64,000 nt of DNA, taken from Octopus bimaculoides (lineage: Eukaryota). Numbering within the stretch: the first letter of the stretch is position 1; each line of letters begins with the position of its first letter. The position numbers and the translations under genes are program-made. Shown in pieces: positions 53,566 to 64,000 of the stretch. The stretch spans positions 123,353,125 through 123,417,124 of the forward strand of contig NC_068985.1 in the NCBI RefSeq assembly GCF_001194135.2, in the 5' to 3' direction. The notes under the pieces were generated by a model. That model searched no databases, was not told where the DNA came from, and worked only from the letters and a program-made list of their open reading frames with translations.

Positions 53566-54302
53566 GCTAGTCCATTGGTATTTGCGGTTAAAACTAGGAA
53601 TTTTATTATGGCAACCGAATAATTGTCACATTATATTACAAATAAATTCCTCTATTTACATAATATCGAGGTCCCTTTCATTCTTTTGTTGTCTTACCAT
53701 TACTATTAATATATATATATATATATATATANNNNNNNNNNNNNNNNNNNNNNNNNNNNNNNNNNNNNNNNNNNNNNNNNNNNNNNNNNNNNNNNNNNNN
53801 NNNNNNNNNNNNNNNNNNNNNNNNNNNNNNNNNNNNNNNNNNNNNNNNNNNNNNNNNNNNNNNNNNNNNNNNNNNNNNNNNNNNNNNNNNNNNNNNNNNN
53901 NNNNNNNNNNNNNNNNNNNNNNNNNNNNNNNNNNNNNNNNNNNNNNNNNNNNNNNNNNNNNNNNNNNNNNNNNNNNNNNNNNNNNNNNNNNNNNNNNNNN
54001 NNNNNNNNNNNNNNNNNNNNNNNNNNNNNNNNNNNNNNAGGAAAAAAACTTAGTTTACGATCTATATATGTGATATGTATGTTTTCCCCTTAGTCAGCAT
54101 ATGGGCGCGCCCACGCCTATAATGGCCGGCTCAAGTATGCAATGGTTTCATTTGATCTTTTTTTTTTCTTAAACAATGCAATTTCCTATTTTTTATGAGA
54201 AGAGTTTGGTAGGTTCTTGCTTAATCTGTCTATTTCACCCGGCTTTGGAAACGGGTGACATAATAATTTGGATTACAATAACAAGGCAGAGAAAGAAGGG
54301 GA

Positions 54303-54338
<36 letters not shown>

Positions 54339-54559
54339 AAATCATGGTCCCTTGCACTTGAGTTGTACTTTATTTTATCGACCACGGAAAAATGAAAGGC
54401 AAAGTTGACTTCGGCAGGATTCGAATTCAAAGTAAACTCTTTACTCACAGATACATTATCCAATGTATCTTATTTCTTTTCTCTTTGGTGACGGTAGTAT
54501 GAAATTTGGCAAGGATTTTGGTAGGGAACAACCTGATCCTTCACACTTACGGTACAGTC

Positions 54560-56520
54560 GGCCAGTTTACTAAACTATACCTGCACTCGTGATGACATGT
54601 GATAAGAACTTCTCGTTTAAAGTGTTTAATTAGGCTTCTTGTCAAAGAGAGTTCTTTCATGATCATTTTCTCTGTCAAGCACCTTTTGAACCTTCTGCTG
54701 CTGTTTAGTTAAGGGCTGGAATTTTTGTAGTACATTCCACTTTACTTTGTAATGTGCGGCGTTTTCTTTCAGCGTCCATACTGTCTTACTGGACATCGCG
54801 TCTCTCTTAGATATTAAACGAGGACTAGTAGATTTTGAACCTGGTCCTGAAGGGTCTTCCTCAGCGTTCACATGTTTCCGTACGTTTGTTTCTCTACTGG
54901 GATCTTTCGACACTATCTCTGCTTCATACATGGTTTCTGAATTGCATGGCAGTTTAGTGGGCACGTGACGTTACTCCTGAATTAGCAACCTGCTTCTGTG
55001 CTAGGCTTGGGCCTATTTAGAAATATTTTATTTATGCTTAGTGCACAGCTGAGAGAAACCCTCAAAGTATCTCTATTGGAGATTTTTCTGCATATATATA
55101 CATGTCCAGGGAAAACAATTATCGAACAAGTTAAGATTTCCATTAAGAGAAAACGGGGGTGTAAACAACATCACCATTTCCGTGGGATTTTCTCTTGGTG
55201 AGATTAGTGTCGAACATCTAACTAATTTTACTTCTAAATCTACTTGCAGCCTTGTTGTATTACGGGTCTGTGGAGTCGGAGAGCTTCTTCTTCGACGATA
55301 GGTTAAGATTCTTCTTCTAAATTCTTTGTCAGGTCTTTGAAAACTATGGCCGGATGGCAGGAAGCTGTGTTTATATATGTCAGCCTCTTATATGGTTTCT
55401 GGAAAAGTTTATAGTCACCAATGTCTAACTTTAATGTCACATCCAGGAAATTAACCACTTTCAAATTAATCTCTATTGTGATTTTGAGCCCAAGAGAATT
55501 AAGGGTGTGAGCTAAGTCCTTCATGAGCCTATTGAGAGTGTGGCCGTTTCTCCCTCCATTTAGGGCCAAGGCATTGTACCTATGTAAGCCAAAGCTAGTT
55601 GATGGGAAGTTCTTTCTTATATCCAGCAAAAAGGCCCATAAGGTTACATATATCAAATGCTGTCATTGCAACATCGAAGAAGCTACTCGGGTCACTTTGC
55701 TTAATGCAGGTCGAACACTGTTAAATAGATGGAGTTTTCTGGGTACATCATGATGTTAATGTCCCCATTGCTAATTTCAGTATAGCCCCTAGCAATGCTG
55801 AGTGTCCTATATAACAAATTCTTCGATATGGATGGATAAAAAGTGCACGATGATGAATTGGGTGAATTATGCTCTGCTTCAGCCGCTGTTGCTTTTAAAC
55901 CTTGAGATGACCTTATTGGTGTTGCGTCATAGGGAGAGACCAGAAGTTCTTCTAATGTCGCATATGATATTTCTGAGCAGGTGTTTGCTTACCAAGACGG
56001 TTTCCAATTTCACAAGGTTAATCAGCTGAAAATTGTGAGCTGTTGACAAATTTAGATTTGTGGTATTCGATGGTTATAAAGACACTTTCCTTTGCCAGAG
56101 CTTCTATCCAATCTTCTATGCTTAATCTAAAAGCTAGCTCTTTGATCGCATGGTTAATGTTATTATAGACCTGAGAATCAGCCTTCCTGTAAGTCTGTGC
56201 GATACAATTGACTAATAGTTGTATTTATGCTTCGTTATCTAATCTATATAAATTCTTAGATTTGTCCAAAAAGAGTCAAGTTCTCTTTGAATTCTTAGGT
56301 TTTCATATATCTGCGTTTAGTAAATTCTGGAAAGGAATAGAGGGCACAGAATCTCTGGAAAGGAGTACAGGAAATACAGAATCCCAGCTTTAGTATGATG
56401 TCGAAATGTATCAGTGTCTGACCAGTTCATCCGTAGACTCCCTGCTGGTAATAAATTCTTTGATAGTTGGCGATCATTGTCGTCAAGCAGACGCACTGGG
56501 CTAGAATGAGTTCAGGATGT
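54560..56520 (-). mobile_element. Penelope-like element, decayed RT plus GIY-YIG
   Basis: LHRYNALAL (degenerate YRDD), NFLDVTL, YINTASCHPAIV and CNSETMYEAEI. Confidence 0.8.
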
Positions 56521-56712
56521 CGTTCGGATCATAAAACTTAATGACTATTAGGCAAACATCAATAACACAACATACGCTCATATACACATATACATATACG
56601 TACACACGCATATACATACCCAATTATACACGCACATGCGCCGTTCTACATTTATACACAGACTCATCAATTCACACACAGACTCATCAATTCACACACA
56701 CACACACACACA

Positions 56713-57609
56713 CGAGAAGGTACCCCCAAAGAAACCAGAATTTTGCATTATTATTCTATTCACTTCGTTTTACATGTTTACATTTTCATTGCCTTCAAGA
56801 TATTTTCAATTTGAAGTAATGCATCGGTCCAGACGCGTTTTCCACTGTTCGAAGCAGCCCTGGAACCCATGCGAAGTGATCCTTTTTAACGCCTCAATCG
56901 GTTCTTTTCTTCACCTCTTCCACATCTACAAATACCGTAGGACCAGTTTTCGTCACCATTGATGACATTCAGAAAAAAGGTCCGGATCAACTTCCAACTG
57001 TTCTTTCTGTTCACGACACGCATTCAGTCGTGACTGCTTTTGATCTTCCGTGAGCAAGCGAGGCACGAATTTTGCTGCAATACTTTTCATTCGCAACTCC
57101 GCGCTCAAAATTCGTTAGCAGGAGCTTCAGGAAACACTAACTATATAAACAAGTTCGTCAATTGTTCGGCGACGGTCTTCCAAGATCAGTTCATGAATTT
57201 TCATGTTTTCATTCGTTTGTGAGGTCGACGGTCGCCCTGGATGAGGTTGGTCTTCAAGCGACAAGTGACCATTCCTAAAGTGTGAAAAACACTCATAAAC
57301 TTATGTTTTTTTTTGTTTTTTTTTTACTCATAGCAGCGTGCTTGTAAGCTGTTTGAAGCATGACAACTGTTTCGGCCTCCGTTCTCCCCATAAGAAAACA
57401 AAATTTCACGGAGGCACGTTAAAATCGACGAACAGGGGAGAAGCACTGCAAAACAAAGACACACCACGTAGCAGTACGACTCCATAGGAGGACGCAGTTG
57501 GCAGACTGTTGCCTGAGGGTTGCATCAAGTGGCTTCTAGCGACGGAAGCTTGAACTACAACGGGCTTGTCCCACAGAGAACTTTCTGGTTACTTTTGGGT
57601 ACCTCCATC
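56713..57609 (-). mobile_element. Internally deleted mariner element with TIRs
   Basis: TIRs cgagaaggtacccccaaagaaaccagaa and ttctggttacttttgggtacctcc. Motifs GRPSTS, DRRRTIDEL and AKFVPRLLTEDQKQSR. Confidence 0.85.
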
Positions 57610-59198
57610 AATACACATCAACAGGCATGTAAATGCCTATACGTCCACATATACATATATACGGTCAAATACGTGCACTCACACATACACTTATATATAT
57701 NNNNNNNNNNNNNNNNNNNNNNNNNNNNNNNNNNNNNNNNNNNNNNNNNNNNNNNNNNNNNNNNNNNNNNNNNNNNNNNNNNNNNNNNNNNNNNNNNNNN
57801 NNNNNNNNNNNNNNNNNNNNNNNNNNNNNNNNNNNNNNNNNNNNNNNNNNNNNNNNNNNNNNNNNNNNNNNNNNNNNNNNNNNNNNNNNNNNNNNNNNNN
57901 NNNNNNNNNNNNNNNNNNNNNNNNNNNNNNNNNNNNNNNNNNNNNNNNNNNNNNNNNNNNNNNNNNNNNNNNNNNNNNNNNNNNNNNNNNNNNNNNNNNN
58001 NNNNNNNNNNNNNNNNNNNNNNNNNNNNNNNNNNNNNNNNNNNNNATATATGTGTGTGTGTATATATGTTTGTCCCCCCAACATCGGTTGACAACCGATG
58101 CTGGTGTGTTTATGTCCCCGTAACTTAGCGGTAAAAGAGACCGATAAGTACTAGGCTTCCAAAGAATAAGTCCTGGGGGCGTTTTGCTCGGCTAAAGGCG
58201 GTGCTCCAGCATGGCCGCAGTCCAATGACTGAAACAAGTACATACATACATACATACATACATACATCAAGTAGTTTTGTAAGTAAATGCCTAACTGTCT
58301 CTCTGGATAAGCTTGGATTTCCAGAAAAACAAATCAACTGATTCGCACATTTCAAATACAATCTGTAAGCGGAGCAATAAAACTATGCAAGACTTTTCTC
58401 AGTTTTCAAGATGTGACGTTATTTTCATTATCTCCATTCCATCGATGGAGCTTTACATCTTTGTTAGAAACCAGTTCCTTTCGCAAAGAAAGACTTTAAA
58501 TAATTAAAAACAGAAAAGAACGTGAGAGTGCGCGCGCGCACACACGCATGAGCACACACACACACGCACACATTCTTGACGTCATAAGAATTTAATAAGC
58601 TATGAAGGAGGGCGTCAAATAATTGTTTGGTGGGGAGGGGGAATAGTATATCATGAAGCACAAACATGAAACTATCCAAATAGAGTTACCTACATACGTA
58701 CATACATAATACATACATACATACAACACACACACACGCACATATATATGTATTATGTATGTATTTATACACACACATATACATACATGCACACACTAAT
58801 ATATACACCTGCCGAATATATAAGTACATCTGTGAACCTGTGCATCTTTGTGTGTTTGCTGCCATCAATGTCACAATATTGACATCTCGGCTGAGTCAAT
58901 TTAGGTATTTATAAAATATCTCGTCGTGTATCGTAGTTTGATTCGGTATGACAAGTTTTAATCGATAAACTGCTTCTTATAATAAGGTGGCCATCAACGT
59001 TACGAATGCCAACATCACGTGTGAAAAGCAACCTTTTATAAGTGACAAACAAAACAAACACTTACTTTTCGATCCATGTGAAACTGATTCACGTTTACAT
59101 ATATGTATATCGTATATTTATGTATAAAAGAATAACAACTGTATTTATCAAGATATTTTTAATGTATAGCTAGACATTAACGGTGTATATGTATACGC

Positions 59199-59266
<68 letters not shown>

Positions 59267-59299
59267 GTATATGTATATGTGTGTGTGTGTGTAATTGAG

Positions 59300-59750
59300 A
59301 CAATTGGAGTCAACAAGAAGTACGGTTGGACATTTATTTTTTAATCACTACAATTGTTTCCACGTAACGTAGTTCTCCAGACTTACAGGTACTTGATTAT
59401 GCAACCACTTCCCTGCATTATGAGATCTAATTGTGTTTCCGCGGGCGATATGTAAATATTGTCTCCGTAAGTTCAAATTCTTGGCTTCAAGAACATCCTC
59501 TCTGTTTGTCGTACCTAAATTTAGTAGAAGTCACTGGGTATACCAGGGTGTGTTGTACCTGAAGGACTGTTGGTAAACTGCTTTGAATGTGTAGATGTAG
59601 TGGGATAGTGATTCTACTACTGTTAAAGTGGTTGCCGTTTTAAAGAGATTGGTATTTGATTTCTTTGTACTCTTGATTTGTTCTTCATTGTTGGTTACAT
59701 ATGCGATTGTCCTTAGCTGACCTTTTTTCAATTATCTTATTCAAACACGA
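59300..59750 (-). mobile_element. Possible decayed Penelope-like GIY-YIG end
   Basis: KINVQPYF resembles the PLE C-terminal FKIxPF motif. Weak. Confidence 0.3.
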
Positions 59751-59888
59751 CAGATGCCCAAATGTAACCCTGAAAATACGTCTAATACTACTACTGGATA
59801 GCACAGGATGAAATATGAAGGCGGACACGCTTTATACTGTACTCTATTACGTTCTTAACAATATACCAAAACTCTGTGTGTGTGTGTG

Positions 59889-59920
59889 TATTGGGTTGAC
59901 AAGAAAGTAATTTCGGTTTT
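59889..59920 (+). mobile_element. Isolated mariner-type TIR
   Basis: TA-TTGGGTTGACAAGAAAGTAATTTCGGTTTT resembles Hsmar1-type TIRs. Confidence 0.5.
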
Positions 59921-60302
59921 TTAATGTGAAGTCGTCTTTCTTTTTCATACACAGAATGAATTTTAATACATATATATTTGTTCTTTTACTCTTTTACATG
60001 TTTCAGTCATTTGACTGTGGATAAAACTGAACCAGCACACACTAAAACATATAATTATTGGCAAACCAACACACTCAGACGCGCATATATGAATGTGTCT
60101 TTGTGTGAATGTATTTGTTGTGGTTGATTTGAGGCATTAAGAGATTTGAAAATAAATCTTATTCAGAACTGGGGTCGATGTCAACGACTTACTCCCTTTT
60201 TCGAAATTGCTGGTCTTCTACCAAAATTTGAAACCATATTATTATTATTTTTATCATTATTATAATTATTATTATCATCATCATCATCAGCAGCAGCAGT
60301 AG

Positions 60303-60338
<36 letters not shown>

Positions 60339-60346
60339 TTGCCTAA

Positions 60347-60552
60347 AGGTGGCGAGCTGGCAGAATTGTTTGCATGCTGGGCAAAATGCTTAGCTGCATT
60401 TCACCCATCTTAATAGTCAGGGTTCAAATTCTGCCGAAGTCGACTTAGCCTTTCGGGGTCGATGAAATAAATGCCAGTTGAACACTGAGATTGATGTAAT
60501 CGACTGACAAACCCTCCGAAATTGCTGGCCTTGTGCCAAAATTTGAAACCAT
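60347..60552 (+). mobile_element. SINE family 1 with (ATT)n tail to 60625
   Basis: Full head and tail are visible. Confidence 0.85.
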
Positions 60553-60573
60553 TATTATTATTATTATAGTTAA

Positions 60574-60625
<52 letters not shown>

Positions 60626-61245
60626 TGCTTTTACTTAAATTTATACAAGCTGCACCCAAGTTTCACTCAGAGACGTCAAGATACAACAGGTTTTGTATCT
60701 AAAGATGTAAACATGTAAGTTGTCATGCAATTGAAAAAACTGATGTGTGTGTCTTATGAAATAGAAATCTCTTTACAAAATGTACAAGTCTGACTAAGAT
60801 TGTACCGATAGGTATGATCTTTTGGGACTCACTTATTTTGGGGCTGCCAGGAATTTGGACTACATATTTGTTTGTTCCGTTTGATATCATACCGAGTACC
60901 ATTAATAAAAATAGGTAACGTTACTTTGAGATGCTATTCTCTCTCCAACTTCTTATGCTTATTCAATTTTTCAAGCGTTTTCAGTGATATGTTTTTTGTA
61001 GCATGCAGCAAAAGATATGTATTTTCAACATGATTTTTCACAATAATATCAGGTCGGTTAGTCAGAATTTCCTGATCAGACTGAAATCTGGAATTCCAAG
61101 AATTTAGCATTCTGGGTTACTTGTGTAATTTATTTTCCCACCATTTTTCTTTGTGACAGAGGTTGTATGTTGACCAGTTTATGCTTGTCGTTTCGTTGCA
61201 AGTACTCTGTTGGTACTATTTTGCCGTCGACTGGTACTGGATGTT
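60626..61245 (-). mobile_element. R4/Dong LINE 3' end (RLE plus UTR)
   Basis: EILTNRPDIIVKN and QIPGSPKIS..KII, ending at (AAT)n. Confidence 0.7.
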
Positions 61246-61327
61246 CTCTGCACACGCGACACGATGAACTACTTCCATGTTTCAGAATACTACGCTAGTA
61301 ATTCCTAGATAGCAAAGTGTAAGCCTG

Positions 61328-61358
<31 letters not shown>

Positions 61359-61377
61359 GCAGCAATGGCAAGAGCAA

Positions 61378-61990
61378 CAAAATAAGCCATTGTATTTTAT
61401 GTGGATGACTTGAAACTCTGTGGTGCAGACATCGATGAGCTTGAACGCCTATTTCGTACTGCGAAAGCATTCAATGCATTCAGTATTGACATCGGTATGG
61501 TGTTTGGTCTTGAAATTGGAAACCTCAAATTCAGTCATGCTGACCCAGTTATAAAAGAACTTGAGCAGGAACAAGCCTATAAATACCTAGGAATAAAATA
61601 AGAATCTGGCATTCAGCATGCAAGCACGAAAGAGAAGATCATGAAGGAATGTTATAGGAGAGTTCGAGCAGTTATGAAATCTGGACTAAATGCACTTAAC
61701 TAGGCGTTAGCCATAAATTCATTAGCCGTTCTAGTTGTTACTTATAGCTTCAATGTGTTGAACTGGATTATCAGTAAAATAAACAAAATTGATAGAAAAA
61801 TCCGTAACTTTCTGACATGTAATAAGATGCACCACCCAAACCCAGACGTGTATCGTCTTCTTTGCCTTCCCTGAGCCCCAGGAGGTCGAGGCTTGATCCA
61901 GTTTGAACTTTCTTACAAAACTACAATTGGACTAGTCAAATATCTTGAAACAACTAACGACTGGATGCTTAAAACTGATAAACAAGATTC
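61378..61990 (+). mobile_element. R4/Dong RT C-terminal fragment
   Basis: YVDDLKL, YKYLGI, AINSLAVLVVTYSF and MHHP. Confidence 0.8.
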
Positions 61991-62059
61991 ACAGGGACAG
62001 AAAACCCCTTTATGAGACGTAGGTCAACGGTCTCAAAGTGGATGAATAGGTAACTGAAG

Positions 62060-64000
62060 GATAAGGAGAAGTCTGTCTTAATACAGACATTTCTAGAAAT
62101 CGAAAACAAGATCAAACTCTCTCATGAAAGAGAAAGAGCAGAGAGAGAGAGAGAAGGGAACTGAAACAAGCATAAACACAAATCCCAAAGCTTTCTATAT
62201 ATTCGCAAAGGAAACAACCACAATACAATATAAAATAGGGCCATTGCTCCAAGGGAATGACTCACTGAAAGCTGACCCAGTGAACAATTTTAAAGTGTCT
62301 TCACTTCCACCTCGGACACATGCAGATAAAAAATTCGGCTGAATTCTTTAATATTGCAGCTCTAAAGAAGGAGGCGCTAGCCATGGATTACATCAACATT
62401 GAGGAGACAGATGTAACAACAGCCATAGATGAAATGAGCTCATGCTCCACAACTGGTCCTGTTGGCTTCCTACCTGTTGTCCTGAAGTCATGTAAGCAGG
62501 CTTTAGTGAAACCACTTCAGATACTTTTCCAAAGTTTCCTTCCAAGTGGTAAACTTCGTAAAAAGCTGAAAGAAGGCATTATATACCCTATCCACAAAGG
62601 TGGAAGCAAAGCAGAGGCCAAAAGCTACAGGCCACTCTCTATGACCTCACATGCCAATAAAGTCATGGAGCAAATCATCAGAAAGAAGTTTATAATGTTT
62701 CTAGAAGAAAATGACCCACTGGACAATACACAGCATGGCTTCCATTCAAGAAGAAGCTACCTCACACAATTCCTACAGCACTGACTGGGTTTTGAAACAG
62801 CTGCTTGACCATTCAGCTGTCAGCGTGATATACCTTGACTTTACAAAGGCATTTGATAAGATAGATCATGGCTTGATATATCATGAGCTACAAGACCTTG
62901 GCATTGCTGGTAAACTGGGAGAGTGGCTGCATGACTTCCTTAAAGACAGAAGTCAAGTAGCTGCAGCCAATGGTGCTCTTTCTGAGGAAACTCAAATCCC
63001 AAGTAGTGTCCCCCTTCGAACTGCTCTGAGGCCATTACTGTTCATAATAGTTCTCTTTGACATGCCCATGGTCACTCAGACAGCCACTGTCACTAGCTAT
63101 GTTGATGGTACAAAATTATCACCAGCAATAAAAACTAAGATGATGTTGCAAGCTTACAGCAGGAGCTGAATTCGATATATAAGTGGGCTGAAATAAACCA
63201 CATGCAATTTAATGCTGGAAAATTTCAAGCAATGCACTATTAACTCACGAATGTACTACAGACTGCATATACAGGACTTAAAGACTACAATCCTAGTGTC
63301 ACAGGTAGTGAAAGACTTGGGGATCAGTATATGCAATGATGCATCATTTTATATGCACATTGCCAAGATGGCAGCAAAGTTCAGACAACTGGTAGGATGG
63401 ATACTGAGGTCCTTCAAGACAAGAGACCAAGAAATTATGTTGACTCTGTAGAGAACCTTTTTTCTCAGCTGCCTGGACTACTGCTCCCAGTTATGGTCAC
63501 CATATAGTGCCAAACTAACAGCAGAGCTTGAAATAATCCAATGCCACTACACTAAAAAGATTGAAGTGGATGAAAAACAGTGAAGTGGGTGAGCTACAGG
63601 GATAAGCTGAGAAAACTGCAACTTTACTCCCTGGAGTGAAGGTGTGAGAAATATGCAATAATCTACATATGGAAAACTCTAGAGGGCTAGTACCTAATTT
63701 TGGCATTGAGTGTTAGACAAATGTCAGAATTGGCTGCCATTGCATTGTACTAAAAGTATCATCTGCTCCATCTGAATTCATGACCAAGTACTGCAATAAT
63801 CTAAGGTTCAAAGGCCCACAGCTCTTCAACGTTCTACCACAAAAAATAAGAAATCTGCATAAGGTGGAAGTAGATTTCTTCAAAAAGGAACTAGACATTC
63901 TCCTCACCACAATACCAGATGAACAAACAGCCTGACATGAGGTGCACATGAGGACAAAGGAATCAAACTCCCTTATACACCAAATGACAAAGGTACATGC
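62060..64000 (+). mobile_element. CR1-group LINE ORF2 (RT), decayed, continuing to the window end
   Basis: YRPLSMTSHANKVMEQII, QHGFHSRRSYLTQ, YLDFTKAFDKIDH, VKDLGI and LDYCSQLWSP. Confidence 0.85.

Overview
Eukaryotic, AT-rich, microsatellite-dense scaffold with about ten N gaps. The tRNA-derived SINE families and (TTAGGG)n suggest a cephalopod, probably Octopus (inference). No intact host gene is supportable, and most ORF-track entries are translated microsatellites or gaps. The window is largely decayed mobile DNA: a near full-length HERO-type RLE non-LTR retrotransposon (12.3-15.7 kb, minus), several Penelope-like elements (RT and GIY-YIG), R4/Dong, Tx1/L1, RTE, RTEX and CR1 fragments, a decayed piggyBac, Tc1/mariner copies, a hAT MITE, two foldback elements, an LTR with a tRNA-Trp PBS and at least four SINE families. 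The main signals are: (1) the HERO copy is framed by a 46-bp hairpin direct repeat and abuts an intact, antisense type I hammerhead ribozyme; (2) further minimal, variant and decayed hammerheads occur across the window; (3) a ~1-kb foldback element has head-to-head telomeric repeats at its centre. All motif and structure calls were made by eye, with no searches or folding runs. Boundaries are approximate unless stated as exact.
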